A DNA stretch of 64,000 nt from Escherichia coli (GCF_003790525.1 NZ_CP033635.1), one strand, 5' to 3'. Shown: positions 39,029-52,969, counted from the stretch's first letter. Notes: generated by a model from the sequence alone, not told the origin. A program made the numbers and translations.

Positions 39029-40078
39029 GTGGAATTGTTGTCTGAATATGGTTTGTTTTTGGCGAAAATCGTTACCGTTGTGCTAGCGATTGCGGCGATT
39101 GCCGCCATTATAGTCAATGTTGCTCAACGTAATAAACGCCAGCGTGGCGAGTTACGGGTCAACAATCTCAGCGAACAGTATAAGGAGATGAAAGAAGAAC
39201 TGGCCGCGGCGCTGATGGACTCACATCAGCAAAAACAGTGGCACAAAGCGCAGAAGAAAAAGCACAAGCAAGAAGCGAAAGCAGCAAAAGCGAAAGCCAA
39301 ACTGGGCGAGGTGGCAACTGACAGTAAACCCCGCGTCTGGGTGCTGGATTTTAAAGGCAGCATGGACGCCCATGAAGTGAACTCGCTACGTGAAGAGATA
39401 ACGGCGGTACTCGCAGCATTCAAACCGCAGGATCAGGTTGTACTCCGTCTGGAAAGCCCTGGTGGCATGGTGCATGGTTACGGGTTGGCGGCTTCGCAGC
39501 TGCAGCGTCTGCGTGATAAAAACATTCCTTTAACTGTTACGGTAGACAAAGTCGCTGCCAGCGGCGGTTACATGATGGCCTGTGTGGCGGACAAAATTGT
39601 TTCCGCACCGTTTGCTATTGTGGGTTCCATTGGCGTGGTGGCACAAATGCCCAACTTTAACCGCTTCCTGAAAAGCAAAGATATTGATATCGAACTGCAC
39701 ACCGCCGGGCAGTATAAGCGCACGCTGACCTTGCTGGGTGAAAACACCGAAGAAGGGCGGGAGAAATTCCGCGAAGAGCTGAACGAAACGCATCAGTTAT
39801 TTAAAGATTTTGTGAAGCGTATGCGTCCGTCTCTGGATATTGAACAGGTGGCAACGGGTGAACACTGGTACGGACAACAGGCGGTAGAGAAAGGCCTGGT
39901 TGATGAAATCAACACCAGTGATGAAGTTATTCTTAGCCTGATGGAAGGCCGTGAAGTGGTCAATGTACGCTATATGCAACGTAAACGACTCATTGACCGA
40001 TTCACCGGCAGCGCGGCAGAGAGCGCCGATCGATTGTTGTTACGCTGGTGGCAGCGAGGGCAGAAGCCATTGATGTAA
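39029..40078 (+). CDS. sohB: S49-family inner membrane peptidase SohB
   Basis: 349-aa ORF MELLSEYGLFLAKIVTVVLAIAAIAAIIVNVAQ... Confidence 0.95.
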   Translation: MELLSEYGLFLAKIVTVVLAIAAIAAIIVNVAQRNKRQRGELRVNNLSEQYKEMKEELAAALMDSHQQKQWHKAQKKKHKQEAKAAKAKAKLGEVATDSKPRVWVLDFKGSMDAHEVNSLREEITAVLAAFKPQDQVVLRLESPGGMVHGYGLAASQLQRLRDKNIPLTVTVDKVAASGGYMMACVADKIVSAPFAIVGSIGVVAQMPNFNRFLKSKDIDIELHTAGQYKRTLTLLGENTEEGREKFREELNETHQLFKDFVKRMRPSLDIEQVATGEHWYGQQAVEKGLVDEINTSDEVILSLMEGREVVNVRYMQRKRLIDRFTGSAAESADRLLLRWWQRGQKPLM

Positions 40079-40113
40079 AAGACAAACGCGAGGGTAAGAC
40101 CTCGCGTTTTGCT

Positions 40114-40365
40114 TTAATCAACCAGGTGATATTTTTCTGAAAGCACATGGGCCAGGTGTTTGAACATATTAAACACCGCGGTGCTTTTGGCTGTTGGCAA
40201 TCCTTGTTCATCTAAAAAGTAGTCGCCGGTAAATACCAGCACGCCATTACGCTGCGTGACGCCGGTGGCTTCAATCCCTGCGAGCGTATCCTCATGCTCA
40301 CGAATGATTTTGTTGGCCTCTTTCAACAGCGTTTCGCGGTCGATGGGTTGTGTCTCTTTGTTCAT
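40114..40365 (-). CDS. yciN: YciN (DUF2498)
   Basis: 83-aa ORF; K-12 position before topA. Confidence 0.9.
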
Positions 40366-40744
40366 TATTTACTCCTTAAACAAGGACATTAGTCTACGCC
40401 AGGCATGGCTTGCAGACAAATATACCACGCTGGTGGCAAGAGCGCCTTACTGGCAACTTTGGATTTTGCATGCTAATAAAGTTGCGTATCGGATTTTATC
40501 AGGTACAGTGTGACGCTTTCGTCAATCTGGCAATAGATTTGCTTGACATTCGACCAAAATTCCGTCGTGCTATAGCGCCTGTAGGCCAAGACCTGTTAAC
40601 TCAGTCACCTGAATTTTCGTGAACAGAGTCACGACAAGGGGTTGATATCCGCAGAGAGCGAGTCCATATCGGTAACTCGTTGCCAGTGGAAGGTTTATCA
40701 ACGTGCGACGCATTCCTGGAAGAATCAAATTAGGTAAGGTGAAT

Positions 40745-43342
40745 ATGGGTAAAGCTCTTGTCATCGTTGAGTCCCCGGCAAAAGCCAAAACGATCAACAA
40801 GTATCTGGGTAGTGACTACGTGGTGAAATCCAGCGTCGGTCACATCCGCGATTTGCCGACCAGTGGCTCAGCTGCCAAAAAGAGTGCCGACTCTACCTCC
40901 ACCAAGACGGCTAAAAAGCCTAAAAAGGATGAACGTGGCGCTCTCGTCAACCGTATGGGGGTTGACCCGTGGCACAATTGGGAGGCGCACTATGAAGTGT
41001 TGCCTGGTAAAGAGAAGGTCGTCTCTGAACTGAAACAACTGGCTGAAAAAGCCGACCACATCTATCTCGCAACCGACCTTGACCGCGAAGGGGAAGCCAT
41101 TGCATGGCACCTGCGGGAAGTGATTGGTGGTGATGATGCGCGCTATAGCCGAGTGGTGTTTAACGAAATTACTAAAAACGCGATCCGCCAGGCATTTAAC
41201 AAACCAGGTGAGCTGAATATTGATCGTGTTAATGCCCAGCAGGCGCGTCGCTTTATGGACCGCGTGGTGGGGTATATGGTTTCGCCGCTGCTGTGGAAAA
41301 AGATCGCTCGTGGTCTGTCTGCCGGTCGTGTGCAGTCGGTGGCGGTTCGCCTGGTGGTCGAGCGTGAGCGTGAAATTAAAGCGTTCGTGCCGGAAGAGTT
41401 CTGGGAAGTCGATGCCAGCACGACCACGCCATCTGGTGAAGCGTTGGCGTTACAGGTCACTCATCAGAACGACAAACCGTTCCGCCCGGTCAACAGAGAA
41501 CAAACTCAGGCTGCGGTAAGTCTGCTGGAAAAAGCGCGCTACAGCGTGCTGGAACGTGAAGACAAACCGACAACCAGTAAACCTGGCGCTCCTTTTATTA
41601 CCTCTACGCTGCAACAAGCTGCCAGCACCCGTCTTGGATTTGGCGTGAAAAAAACCATGATGATGGCGCAGCGTTTGTATGAAGCAGGCTATATCACTTA
41701 CATGCGTACCGACTCCACTAACCTGAGTCAGGACGCGGTAAATATGGTTCGCGGTTATATCAGCGATAATTTTGGTAAGAAATATCTGCCGGAAAGTCCG
41801 AATCAGTACGCCAGCAAAGAAAACTCACAGGAAGCGCACGAAGCGATTCGTCCTTCTGACGTCAATGTGATGGCGGAATCGCTGAAGGATATGGAAGCAG
41901 ATGCGCAGAAACTGTACCAGTTAATCTGGCGTCAGTTCGTTGCCTGCCAGATGACCCCAGCGAAATATGACTCCACGACGCTGACCGTTGGTGCGGGCGA
42001 TTTCCGCCTGAAAGCACGCGGTCGTATTTTGCGCTTTGATGGCTGGACAAAAGTGATGCCTGCACTGCGTAAAGGCGATGAAGATCGTATCTTACCGGCA
42101 GTCGATAAAGGCGATGCTCTGACGCTCGTTGAACTGACACCAGCCCAGCACTTTACCAAGCCGCCAGCCCGTTTTAGTGAAGCATCGCTGGTTAAAGAGC
42201 TGGAAAAACGCGGTATCGGTCGTCCGTCTACCTATGCATCGATCATTTCGACCATTCAGGATCGTGGCTATGTGCGAGTAGAAAATCGTCGTTTCTATGC
42301 GGAAAAAATGGGCGAAATCGTCACCGATCGCCTTGAAGAAAATTTCCGTGAGTTAATGAACTACGACTTCACCGCGCAGATGGAAAACAGCCTCGACCAG
42401 GTGGCAAATCACGAAGCAGAGTGGAAAACTGTACTGGATCACTTCTTCTCGGATTTCACTCAGCAGTTAGATAAAGCTGAAAAAGATCCGGAAGAGGGTG
42501 GTATGCGCCCGAACCAGATGGTTCTGACCAGCATTGACTGCCCGACTTGTGGTCGCAAAATGGGGATTCGCACAGCGAGCACCGGGGTATTCCTTGGCTG
42601 TTCTGGTTATGCGCTGCCGCCGAAAGAGCGTTGCAAAACCACCATTAACCTGGTGCCGGAAAACGAAGTGCTGAACGTGCTGGAAGGCGAAGACGCTGAA
42701 ACCAACGCGCTGCGCGCAAAACGTCGTTGCCCGAAATGCGGCACGGCGATGGACAGCTATCTCATCGATCCGAAACGTAAGTTGCATGTCTGTGGTAATA
42801 ACCCAACCTGCGACGGTTACGAGATCGAAGAGGGCGAATTCCGCATTAAAGGTTATGACGGCCCGATCGTTGAGTGTGAAAAATGTGGCTCTGAAATGCA
42901 CCTGAAAATGGGGCGTTTCGGTAAATACATGGCCTGCACCAACGAAGAGTGTAAAAACACACGTAAGATTTTACGTAACGGCGAAGTGGCACCACCGAAA
43001 GAAGATCCGGTGCCATTACCTGAGTTGCCGTGCGAAAAATCAGATGCTTATTTCGTGCTGCGTGACGGTGCTGCCGGTGTGTTCCTGGCTGCCAACACTT
43101 TCCCGAAATCGCGTGAAACACGTGCGCCACTGGTGGAAGAGCTTTATCGCTTCCGCGACCGTCTGCCGGAAAAACTGCGTTATCTGGCCGATGCGCCACA
43201 GCAGGATCCGGAAGGTAATAAGACCATGGTTCGCTTTAGCCGTAAAACCAAACAGCAATATGTCTCTTCGGAAAAAGACGGAAAGGCGACTGGCTGGTCA
43301 GCATTTTATGTTGATGGCAAATGGGTTGAAGGAAAAAAATAA
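40745..43342 (+). CDS. topA: DNA topoisomerase I
   Basis: 865 aa from ATG 40745 ([22 protein letters not shown]...); Toprim and C-terminal Zn-ribbon repeats. Confidence 0.97.
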   Translation: MGKALVIVESPAKAKTINKYLGSDYVVKSSVGHIRDLPTSGSAAKKSADSTSTKTAKKPKKDERGALVNRMGVDPWHNWEAHYEVLPGKEKVVSELKQLAEKADHIYLATDLDREGEAIAWHLREVIGGDDARYSRVVFNEITKNAIRQAFNKPGELNIDRVNAQQARRFMDRVVGYMVSPLLWKKIARGLSAGRVQSVAVRLVVEREREIKAFVPEEFWEVDASTTTPSGEALALQVTHQNDKPFRPVNREQTQAAVSLLEKARYSVLEREDKPTTSKPGAPFITSTLQQAASTRLGFGVKKTMMMAQRLYEAGYITYMRTDSTNLSQDAVNMVRGYISDNFGKKYLPESPNQYASKENSQEAHEAIRPSDVNVMAESLKDMEADAQKLYQLIWRQFVACQMTPAKYDSTTLTVGAGDFRLKARGRILRFDGWTKVMPALRKGDEDRILPAVDKGDALTLVELTPAQHFTKPPARFSEASLVKELEKRGIGRPSTYASIISTIQDRGYVRVENRRFYAEKMGEIVTDRLEENFRELMNYDFTAQMENSLDQVANHEAEWKTVLDHFFSDFTQQLDKAEKDPEEGGMRPNQMVLTSIDCPTCGRKMGIRTASTGVFLGCSGYALPPKERCKTTINLVPENEVLNVLEGEDAETNALRAKRRCPKCGTAMDSYLIDPKRKLHVCGNNPTCDGYEIEEGEFRIKGYDGPIVECEKCGSEMHLKMGRFGKYMACTNEECKNTRKILRNGEVAPPKEDPVPLPELPCEKSDAYFVLRDGAAGVFLAANTFPKSRETRAPLVEELYRFRDRLPEKLRYLADAPQQDPEGNKTMVRFSRKTKQQYVSSEKDGKATGWSAFYVDGKWVEGKK

Positions 43343-43371
43343 CCTTTAATTCTGTCAGGTTTTTATAAACA

Positions 43372-43398
43372 AAGGGTCGCGAAAGCGGCCCTTTTTTA
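43372..43398 (+). terminator. topA terminator
   Basis: aaagggtcgcgaaagcggcccttttttatt. Confidence 0.75.
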
Positions 43399-43526
43399 TT
43401 GCATATTATTTTTCTTCACACCTATACACTAAGGCTATAAATGATATAGTGGTTATAGTTAGCCCCTTTTTTATTATTAAATCGTATTAGTCACCCGCCT
43501 GGCGTGACGAAAAAACGATGTTCTGA

Positions 43527-44525
<999 letters not shown>

Positions 44526-44855
44526 TTTCTTGCGTTATTTTCGGCACCTTTTATGTAGCGAAGGTGCCGGAATATATTCTCTTTTGTTACTTATTTGTAT
44601 ACCGTGCACAATATTTTTATCCCTCATATTTATAGGGTAAATTACCTGTAAAGTAGTGTCTAATTACCCGCCTCGCAAACTCCAGTTTTCAAATATCTAT
44701 TTCAGGTCAAAAGATTGAATTATTCACTGGAGACGATTCGTAAATTCGCTGGATTTTTGACTAAAGTTTCTTTAGGATTTGTCTCATCGTATGATTAATT
44801 ACACCAATCGTTCAACGTCTTGTTGATAAGTGATGGCGATTATATGAGGTTAGCA

Positions 44856-44984
44856 ATGCCTTCTGGAAATCAGGAACCCCGCCGCAATCCTGAATTAAAA
44901 CGTAAAGCCTGGCTGGCGGTTTTTCTTGGTTCTGCACTTTCCTGGGTGGTTGTCGCACTGCTTATTTGGAAAGTGTGGGGATAA
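44856..44984 (+). CDS. ymiA: small membrane protein YmiA
   Basis: 42-codon ORF MPSGNQEPRRNPELKRKAWLAVFLGSALSWVVVALLIWKVWG; K-12 position between cysB and acnA. Confidence 0.6.
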   Translation: MPSGNQEPRRNPELKRKAWLAVFLGSALSWVVVALLIWKVWG

Positions 44985-44986
44985 CT

Positions 44987-45154
44987 ATGGTCGGTCAGGA
45001 GCAACTGGAGTCGTCACCATTATGTCAGCATAGTGACAATGAACCAGAAGCAAAACGGGAATGTTCCGTCGTTATTCCAGACGACTGGCAACTAACATCG
45101 CAGCAACAAGCCTTTATAGAACTGTTTGCTGAAGATGATCAGCCGAAACAATAA
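44987..45154 (+). CDS. yciX: small protein YciX
   Basis: MVGQEQLESSPLCQHSDNEPEAKRECSVVIPDDWQLTSQQQAFIELFAEDDQPKQ; start ATG 44987. Confidence 0.6.
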   Translation: MVGQEQLESSPLCQHSDNEPEAKRECSVVIPDDWQLTSQQQAFIELFAEDDQPKQ

Positions 45155-45473
45155 TTATCATCATTCTTATTACCCATTTTTAATGAATCACAGGGCTTTT
45201 AATACACCGCAGCAATAACAGGTTGAGTTATCTCAACACAAATATGAAATATTGGTCCTGGATGGGCGCATTTTCTCTGTCGATGCTCTTCTGGGCCGAA
45301 CTCCTCTGGATCATTACTCACTGATCCCTGACCCCGCTGTTTGCTTTGTCTCAAGGTTTCTCCTCTTTTATCAATTTGGGTTGTTATCAAATCGTTACGC
45401 GATGTTTGTGTTATCTTTAATATTCACCCTGAAGAGAATCAGGGCTTCGCAACCCTGTCATTAAGGAGGAGCT

Positions 45474-48149
45474 ATGTCGTCAACCCTACGAGAAGCCAGT
45501 AAGGACACGTTGCAGGCCAAAGATAAAACTTACCACTACTACAGCTTGCCGCTTGCTGCCAAATCACTGGGCGATATCACCCGTCTACCCAATTCACTCA
45601 AAGTTTTGCTCGAAAACCTGCTGCGTTGGCAGGATGGTAAATCGGTTACCGAAGAGGATATCCACGCGCTGGCGGGATGGCTGAAAAATGCCCATGCTGA
45701 CCGTGAAATTGCCTACCGCCCGGCAAGAGTGCTGATGCAGGACTTTACCGGCGTACCTGCCGTTGTTGATCTGGCGGCAATGCGCGAAGCGGTTAAACGC
45801 CTCGGCGGCGATACTGCAAAGGTTAACCCGCTCTCACCGGTCGACCTGGTCATTGACCACTCGGTGACCGTCGATCGTTTTGGTGATGATGAGGCATTTG
45901 AAGAAAACGTGCGCCTGGAAATGGAGCGCAACCACGAACGTTATGTGTTCCTGAAATGGGGAAAGCAGGCGTTCAGTCGTTTTAGCGTCGTGCCGCCAGG
46001 CACAGGCATTTGCCATCAGGTTAACCTCGAATATCTCGGCAAAGCAGTGTGGAGCGAATTGCAGGACGGTGAATGGATTGCTTATCCGGATACACTCGTT
46101 GGTACTGACTCGCACACCACCATGATCAACGGCCTTGGCGTGCTGGGGTGGGGCGTTGGTGGGATCGAAGCCGAAGCCGCAATGTTAGGCCAGCCGGTTT
46201 CCATGCTTATCCCGGACGTAGTAGGCTTTAAACTTACCGGAAAATTACGTGAAGGTATTACCGCCACAGACCTGGTTCTCACCGTTACCCAAATGCTGCG
46301 CAAACATGGCGTGGTGGGGAAATTCGTCGAATTTTATGGTGATGGTCTGGATTCACTACCGCTGGCGGATCGCGCCACCATTGCCAATATGTCGCCAGAA
46401 TATGGTGCCACCTGTGGCTTCTTCCCAATCGATGCTGTCACCCTCGATTACATGCGTTTAAGCGGGCGCAGCGAAGATCAGGTCGAGTTGGTCGAAAAAT
46501 ATGCCAAAGCGCAGGGCATGTGGCGTAACCCGGGCGATGAACCGATTTTTACCAGTACGTTAGAACTGGATATGAATGACGTTGAAGCGAGCCTGGCAGG
46601 GCCAAAACGCCCACAGGATCGCGTTGCACTGCCCGATGTACCAAAAGCATTTGCCGCCAGTAACGAACTGGAAGTAAATGCCACGCATAAAGATCGCCAG
46701 CCGGTCGATTATGTTATGAACGGACATCAGTATCAGTTACCTGATGGCGCGGTGGTCATTGCTGCGATAACGTCGTGCACCAACACCTCTAACCCAAGTG
46801 TGCTGATGGCCGCAGGTTTGCTGGCGAAAAAAGCTGTAACTCTGGGCCTCAAGCGGCAACCGTGGGTCAAAGCGTCGCTGGCACCAGGCTCGAAAGTCGT
46901 TTCTGATTATTTGGCAAAAGCGAAACTGACACCGTATCTCGATGAACTGGGGTTTAACCTTGTGGGATACGGTTGTACCACCTGTATTGGTAACTCTGGT
47001 CCATTGCCCGATCCTATCGAAACGGCAATCAAAAAAGGCGATTTAACCGTCGGTGCGGTGCTGTCCGGCAACCGTAACTTTGAAGGCCGTATCCATCCGC
47101 TGGTTAAAACTAACTGGCTGGCCTCGCCGCCGCTGGTGGTTGCCTATGCGCTAGCGGGAAATATGAATATTAACCTCGCTTCTGAGCCTATTGGTCACGA
47201 TCGTAAAGGCGACCCGGTATATCTGAAAGATATCTGGCCCTCGGCACAAGAAATTGCCCGTGCGGTAGAACAAGTCTCCACAGAAATGTTCCGTAAAGAG
47301 TACGCAGAAGTTTTTGAAGGCACAGCAGAGTGGAAGGAAATTAACGTCGCACGATCCGATACCTACGGTTGGCAGGAGGATTCAACCTATATTCGCTTAT
47401 CGCCTTTCTTTGATGAAATGCAGGCAACACCAGCACCTGTGGAAGATATTCACGGTGCGCGGATCCTCGCAATGCTGGGGGATTCAGTCACCACTGACCA
47501 TATCTCTCCGGCGGGCAGCATTAAGCCCGATAGCCCGGCGGGGCGATATCTACAAGGTCGGGGTGTTGAGCGCAAAGACTTTAACTCCTACGGTTCGCGG
47601 CGTGGTAACCATGAAGTGATGATGCGCGGCACCTTCGCCAATATTCGCATCCGTAATGAAATGGTGCCTGGCGTTGAAGGGGGGATGACGCGGCATTTAC
47701 CTGACAGCGAGGTCATCTCTATTTATGATGCCGCGATGCGCTATAAGCAGGAGCAAACGCCGCTGGCGGTGATTGCCGGGAAAGAGTATGGATCAGGCTC
47801 CAGCCGTGACTGGGCGGCAAAAGGTCCGCGTCTACTTGGCATTCGTGTGGTGATTGCCGAATCGTTTGAACGAATTCACCGTTCGAATTTAATTGGCATG
47901 GGCATCCTGCCGCTGGAATTTCCGCAAGGCGTAACGCGTAAAACGTTAGGGCTAACCGGGGAAGAGAAGATTGATATTGGCGATCTGCAAAATCTACAGC
48001 CCGGCGCGACGGTTCCGGTGACGCTTACGCGCGCGCATGGTAGCCAGGAAGTCGTACCCTGCCGTTGTCGTATCGACACCGCGACGGAGTTGACCTACTA
48101 CCAGAACGACGGCATTTTGCATTATGTCATTCGTAATATGTTGAAGTAA
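45474..48149 (+). CDS. acnA: aconitate hydratase A
   Basis: 891-aa ORF with aconitase family motifs and the three Fe-S ligand cysteines. Confidence 0.97.
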   Translation: MSSTLREASKDTLQAKDKTYHYYSLPLAAKSLGDITRLPNSLKVLLENLLRWQDGKSVTEEDIHALAGWLKNAHADREIAYRPARVLMQDFTGVPAVVDLAAMREAVKRLGGDTAKVNPLSPVDLVIDHSVTVDRFGDDEAFEENVRLEMERNHERYVFLKWGKQAFSRFSVVPPGTGICHQVNLEYLGKAVWSELQDGEWIAYPDTLVGTDSHTTMINGLGVLGWGVGGIEAEAAMLGQPVSMLIPDVVGFKLTGKLREGITATDLVLTVTQMLRKHGVVGKFVEFYGDGLDSLPLADRATIANMSPEYGATCGFFPIDAVTLDYMRLSGRSEDQVELVEKYAKAQGMWRNPGDEPIFTSTLELDMNDVEASLAGPKRPQDRVALPDVPKAFAASNELEVNATHKDRQPVDYVMNGHQYQLPDGAVVIAAITSCTNTSNPSVLMAAGLLAKKAVTLGLKRQPWVKASLAPGSKVVSDYLAKAKLTPYLDELGFNLVGYGCTTCIGNSGPLPDPIETAIKKGDLTVGAVLSGNRNFEGRIHPLVKTNWLASPPLVVAYALAGNMNINLASEPIGHDRKGDPVYLKDIWPSAQEIARAVEQVSTEMFRKEYAEVFEGTAEWKEINVARSDTYGWQEDSTYIRLSPFFDEMQATPAPVEDIHGARILAMLGDSVTTDHISPAGSIKPDSPAGRYLQGRGVERKDFNSYGSRRGNHEVMMRGTFANIRIRNEMVPGVEGGMTRHLPDSEVISIYDAAMRYKQEQTPLAVIAGKEYGSGSSRDWAAKGPRLLGIRVVIAESFERIHRSNLIGMGILPLEFPQGVTRKTLGLTGEEKIDIGDLQNLQPGATVPVTLTRAHGSQEVVPCRCRIDTATELTYYQNDGILHYVIRNMLK

Positions 48150-48156
48150 CGAGTAT

Positions 48157-48192
48157 TTGCTTGCCGGTTATTTTGCTTCCGGCAAGCAAATG
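48157..48192. terminator. bidirectional terminator between acnA and ribA
   Basis: tttgcttgccggttattttgcttccggcaagcaaatg. Confidence 0.7.
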
Positions 48193-48212
48193 AATTACAC
48201 AATGCAAGAGGG

Positions 48213-48803
48213 TTATTTGTTCAGCAAATGACCCATTTTCTCGGCTTTGGTATCGAGATAATGTTCGTTATTGGGGTTACGACCTACAATCAACGGTACG
48301 CGTTCAACAATATTAATCCCTGCTTCGGTCAGAATTTCGACTTTTTTCGGGTTGTTGGTTAACAAGCGGACTTCATTGACGCCAAGGAGTTTGAACATAT
48401 CAGCGCAAAGAGTGAAGTCGCGCTCATCAGCGGCGAAGCCTAACTGGTGGTTAGCCTCTACAGTATCGTAACCTTGATCCTGCAGTGCATAAGCGCGGAT
48501 TTTATTCAGCAGACCAATGTTACGACCTTCCTGACGGTGATACAGCAAAATACCACGGCCTTCTTCGGCAATTTGCGTCAGTGCCGCTTCGAGCTGGAAG
48601 CCACAATCGCAGCGCAAGCTGAACAGGGCGTCACCGGTCAGACATTCGGAATGGACGCGCGCAAGTACCGGGGTATGCCCGGAAATATCGCCATAGACTA
48701 GCGCGACATGATCGTGTCCGGTTGCCAGTTCTTCAAATCCCACCATCAGGAAATCGCCCCATGGGGTTGGCAGTTTGGCTTCTGCCACACGTTTAAGCTG
48801 CAT
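48213..48803 (-). CDS. ribA: GTP cyclohydrolase II
   Basis: 196 aa from [18 protein letters not shown]...; Zn cysteines CLTGD...CDCG. Confidence 0.95.
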
Positions 48804-48972
48804 GAAATTCTCCAGATAATGCTGGTTCTGTATTGGCTTATTTTGCCATAACGAGAAGGGGTTCACCTAATCACGACGCGTCGATCGTTCACGGAATGGC
48901 ACAAATCTGTCAATTTTTCCTGGAACTGGCATTTTCAGTTATGATTGTGGGACTTATCAAAAAGGAGAGGCC

Positions 48973-49737
48973 ATGCGTTCGATTGCCAGACGTACCGCAG
49001 TGGGAACTGCACTATTGCTTGTTATGCCAGTAGCCGTATGGATTTCTGGCTGGCGTTGGCAACCTGGAGAACAAAGTTGGTTACTAAAAGCGGCTTTTTG
49101 GGTTACTGAAACTGTCACCCAGCCCTGGGGCGTCATTACACATTTGATTTTATTCGGCTGGTTTCTCTGGTGTCTGCGTTTTCGCATTAAGGCTGCCTTT
49201 GTATTATTTGCCATTCTGGCGGCGGCAATCCTTGTGGGACAAGGCGTTAAATCCTGGATCAAAGACAAAGTCCAGGAACCACGACCTTTTGTTATCTGGC
49301 TGGAAAAAACACATCATATTCCGGTTGATGAGTTCTACACTTTAAAGCGAGCAGAACGCGGAAATCTAGTGAAAGAACAGTTGGCTGAAGAGAAAAATAT
49401 CCCACAATATTTGCGTTCACACTGGCAGAAAGAGACGGGGTTTGCCTTTCCTTCCGGTCACACGATGTTTGCTGCCAGTTGGGCACTGCTGGCCGTTGGT
49501 TTGCTGTGGCCGCGTCGGCGAACGTTAACCATTGCTATCTTGTTGGTCTGGGCAACTGGAGTCATGGGAAGCCGCCTGCTGCTCGGGATGCATTGGCCAC
49601 GCGATCTGGTAGTAGCTACGTTGATTTCGTGGGCGCTGGTGGCGGTGGCAACGTGGCTTGCGCAACGAATTTGTGGGCCATTAACACCACCTGCGGAAGA
49701 AAATCGCGAAATAGCGCAACGAGAACAAGAAAGTTAA
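48973..49737 (+). CDS. pgpB: phosphatidylglycerophosphatase B
   Basis: 254-aa membrane PAP2 phosphatase (PSGH motif). Confidence 0.95.
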   Translation: MRSIARRTAVGTALLLVMPVAVWISGWRWQPGEQSWLLKAAFWVTETVTQPWGVITHLILFGWFLWCLRFRIKAAFVLFAILAAAILVGQGVKSWIKDKVQEPRPFVIWLEKTHHIPVDEFYTLKRAERGNLVKEQLAEEKNIPQYLRSHWQKETGFAFPSGHTMFAASWALLAVGLLWPRRRTLTIAILLVWATGVMGSRLLLGMHWPRDLVVATLISWALVAVATWLAQRICGPLTPPAEENREIAQREQES

Positions 49738-49885
49738 CGCTGGTTGATTTTCCGAATTTAGCCCTTAAATCATCAACAATGCGCGTGGATGCCATTTCGC
49801 AGACGGCGCGAAAATGGTACTTTAAAGGGCTATTGCGGTAAGTTGACCATAATTTATTTGCTCTAACCACATAACGGGAAGTAAT

Positions 49886-50194
49886 GTGAAATATTTACTC
49901 ATTTTCTTACTGGTGTTAGCGATCTTCGTGATTTCGGTTACGTTAGGTGCGCAGAACGATCAACAGGTGACGTTTAATTATCTGTTAGCGCAAGGGGAGT
50001 ACCGTATTTCCACATTGCTGGCGGTATTGTTTGCTGCGGGGTTTGCTATCGGTTGGTTGATTTGTGGCCTGTTCTGGCTGCGAGTTCGTGTTTCCCTGGC
50101 GCGCGCTGAACGTAAAATAAAGCGACTGGAAAACCAGCTTTCACCCGCGACTGACGTGGCTGTAGCGCCGCACTCGTCAGCGGCGAAGGAATAA
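49886..50194 (+). CDS. lapA: LPS assembly protein LapA (YciS)
   Basis: 102-aa membrane protein immediately upstream of lapB. Confidence 0.9.
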   Translation: MKYLLIFLLVLAIFVISVTLGAQNDQQVTFNYLLAQGEYRISTLLAVLFAAGFAIGWLICGLFWLRVRVSLARAERKIKRLENQLSPATDVAVAPHSSAAKE

Positions 50195-50200
50195 CTTTCT

Positions 50201-51370
50201 ATGCTGGAGTTGTTGTTTCTGCTTTTGCCTGTAGCCGCTGCCTATGGCTGGTATATGGGCCGCAGAAGTGCGCAACAAAACAAGCAAGATGAAGCCAACC
50301 GCTTGTCGCGTGATTACGTAGCGGGGGTTAACTTCCTGCTTAGTAATCAACAGGATAAAGCGGTAGATCTGTTTCTCGATATGCTTAAAGAGGATACAGG
50401 TACCGTTGAAGCCCACCTTACGCTCGGAAACCTGTTCCGTTCGCGTGGCGAAGTTGATCGCGCTATTCGCATCCATCAGACCCTAATGGAAAGCGCCTCG
50501 CTGACCTATGAACAGCGGCTTTTGGCGATTCAACAACTGGGGCGTGATTACATGGCTGCCGGGTTATACGACCGCGCGGAAGACATGTTCAATCAGCTGA
50601 CCGATGAAACTGACTTCCGCATTGGCGCGCTGCAACAGTTGCTACAAATCTACCAGGCTACCAGCGAGTGGCAGAAAGCAATTGATGTTGCCGAACGCCT
50701 GGTGAAGCTGGGTAAAGATAAACAGCGCGTCGAAATTGCCCATTTCTACTGTGAGTTAGCTCTGCAGCATATGGCCAGCGACGATCTCGATCGTGCCATG
50801 ACTTTGCTAAAAAAAGGTGCGGCGGCAGATAAAAACAGCGCCCGCGTATCCATCATGATGGGACGCGTGTTTATGGCGAAAGGAGAATACGCCAAAGCCG
50901 TCGAAAGTCTGCAACGTGTCATATCCCAGGACAGAGAACTGGTCAGCGAAACGCTGGAAATGCTGCAAACCTGCTACCAGCAGTTGGGTAAAACTGCCGA
51001 ATGGGCAGAGTTCCTGCAGCGCGCGGTGGAAGAGAACACCGGTGCCGATGCTGAACTGATGCTTGCGGACATCATCGAAGCGCGCGACGGTAGTGAGGCC
51101 GCACAGGTCTATATTACGCGTCAGCTTCAGCGTCATCCGACCATGCGTGTGTTCCATAAGCTAATGGATTACCACTTAAATGAAGCGGAAGAAGGGCGTG
51201 CCAAAGAGAGTCTGATGGTGCTGCGTGACATGGTTGGCGAGAAGGTGCGGAGTAAGCCTCGTTATCGCTGCCAGAAATGTGGGTTTACCGCATACACTCT
51301 CTACTGGCATTGTCCGTCTTGTCGGGCCTGGTCAACCATTAAACCGATTCGCGGTCTTGATGGCCTGTAA
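50201..51370 (+). CDS. lapB: LPS assembly protein LapB (YciM), TPR plus rubredoxin-like C-terminus
   Basis: 389-aa ORF; TPR repeats; C-terminal CQKCG...CPSC. Confidence 0.95.
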   Translation: MLELLFLLLPVAAAYGWYMGRRSAQQNKQDEANRLSRDYVAGVNFLLSNQQDKAVDLFLDMLKEDTGTVEAHLTLGNLFRSRGEVDRAIRIHQTLMESASLTYEQRLLAIQQLGRDYMAAGLYDRAEDMFNQLTDETDFRIGALQQLLQIYQATSEWQKAIDVAERLVKLGKDKQRVEIAHFYCELALQHMASDDLDRAMTLLKKGAAADKNSARVSIMMGRVFMAKGEYAKAVESLQRVISQDRELVSETLEMLQTCYQQLGKTAEWAEFLQRAVEENTGADAELMLADIIEARDGSEAAQVYITRQLQRHPTMRVFHKLMDYHLNEAEEGRAKESLMVLRDMVGEKVRSKPRYRCQKCGFTAYTLYWHCPSCRAWSTIKPIRGLDGL

Positions 51371-51561
51371 TTTTTAAAAAAATCCGACTTTAGTTACAAC
51401 ATACTAATTGTTGATGTTCCATTGTGCTCCGGTAGCTCGGGCGCAGAAAAGCCTGCCAGGGGAGAAATCGCAACTGTTAATTTTTTATTTCCACGGGTAG
51501 AATGCTCGCCGTTTACCTGTTTCGCGCCACTTCCGGTGCCCATCATCAAGAAGGTCTGGTC

Positions 51562-52299
51562 ATGACGTTAACTGCTTCATCTTCTTCCCGCGCTGTTACG
51601 AATTCTCCTGTGGTTGTTGCCCTTGATTATCATAATCGTGATGCCGCGCTGGCCTTTGTCGACAAGATCGACCCACGCGATTGTCGTCTGAAAGTCGGCA
51701 AAGAGATGTTTACGCTGTTTGGACCTCAATTTGTACGCGAACTTCAACAGCGTGGTTTTGATATCTTCCTCGACCTGAAATTTCACGATATTCCCAACAC
51801 TGCAGCGCACGCTGTCGCTGCTGCAGCTGACTTAGGCGTGTGGATGGTGAATGTTCACGCCTCCGGTGGGGCGCGTATGATGACCGCAGCGCGTGAGGCA
51901 CTGGTTCCGTTTGGCAAAGATGCACCGCTTTTGATTGCTGTGACAGTATTGACCAGCATGGAAGCCAGCGACCTGGCCGATCTTGGCGTGACACTGTCAC
52001 CTGCAGATTATGCAGAACGTCTGGCGGCACTGACGCAAAAATGTGGCCTTGATGGTGTGGTGTGTTCTGCTCAGGAAGCTGTGCGCTTTAAACAGGTATT
52101 CGGTCAGGAGTTCAAACTGGTTACACCGGGCATTCGTCCGCAGGGGAGTGAAGCAGGTGACCAGCGCCGCATTATGACGCCAGAACAGGCGTTGGCGGCT
52201 GGTGTTGATTATATGGTGATTGGTCGCCCGGTAACGCAATCGGTAGATCCAGCGCAGACGCTGAAAGCGATCAACGCCTCTTTACAGCGGAGTGCATGA
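51562..52299 (+). CDS. pyrF: orotidine-5'-phosphate decarboxylase
   Basis: 245 aa from [23 protein letters not shown]...; start at ATG 51562. Confidence 0.95.
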   Translation: MTLTASSSSRAVTNSPVVVALDYHNRDAALAFVDKIDPRDCRLKVGKEMFTLFGPQFVRELQQRGFDIFLDLKFHDIPNTAAHAVAAAADLGVWMVNVHASGGARMMTAAREALVPFGKDAPLLIAVTVLTSMEASDLADLGVTLSPADYAERLAALTQKCGLDGVVCSAQEAVRFKQVFGQEFKLVTPGIRPQGSEAGDQRRIMTPEQALAAGVDYMVIGRPVTQSVDPAQTLKAINASLQRSA

Positions 52300-52625
52300 T
52301 GAGTGATTCCAACAGCCGTCTGGTCTACTCAACGGAAACCGGACGTATTGATGAGCCAAAAGCGGCCCCTGTACGCCCTAAAGGCGACGGTGTGGTGCGT
52401 ATTCAGCGTCAGACCAGTGGACGTAAAGGTAAGGGCGTTTGCCTGATTACCGGTGTCGATCTCGATGATGCCGAACTGACGAAACTGGCAGCGGAACTGA
52501 AGAAAAAATGCGGCTGCGGCGGAGCAGTTAAAGATGGAATTATTGAAATCCAGGGCGATAAGCGTGATTTATTAAAATCACTGCTTGAAGCGAAAGGGAT
52601 GAAGGTAAAACTCGCAGGCGGCTAA
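52296..52625 (+). CDS. yciH: SUI1-family translation factor YciH
   Basis: 109-aa ORF overlapping the pyrF stop. Confidence 0.9.
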   Translation: MMSDSNSRLVYSTETGRIDEPKAAPVRPKGDGVVRIQRQTSGRKGKGVCLITGVDLDDAELTKLAAELKKKCGCGGAVKDGIIEIQGDKRDLLKSLLEAKGMKVKLAGG

Positions 52626-52630
52626 CATAA

Positions 52631-52658
52631 AAAGCCACGGATATATCCGTGGCTTTCG
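52631..52658. terminator. terminator after yciH
   Basis: aaaagccacggatatatccgtggctttcg. Confidence 0.75.
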
Positions 52659-52750
52659 AATGTTTTACTGTGTGTATTATTCAGTTATTTCGTACTGAAC
52701 AGAATCAAGTGTATTATAATTGCGAGTCGATAATCGACATTTATTTACGA

Positions 52751-52969
52751 TTATTTACCGACCTGGTGACCAATAACACCACCGACGGCTGCACCACCTA
52801 ATGTACCCAGCGTACTGCCATCGGTCAGTACTGCACCGCCTAATGCACCTGCGCCCGCGCCAATTGCGGTGTTACGGTCTCGTTTAGACCAGTTAGAACA
52901 GGCACTCAGAGACATTGCCAGGGTAATTGCCAGAACAGCCGCGGTCATTTTTTTGCTCGTTACAAACAT
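52751..52969 (-). CDS. osmB: osmotically inducible lipoprotein B
   Basis: 72-aa Gly-rich lipoprotein, lipobox LSAC. Confidence 0.95.
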   Translation of the reverse strand: MFVTSKKMTAAVLAITLAMSLSACSNWSKRDRNTAIGAGAGALGGAVLTDGSTLGTLGGAAVGGVIGHQVGK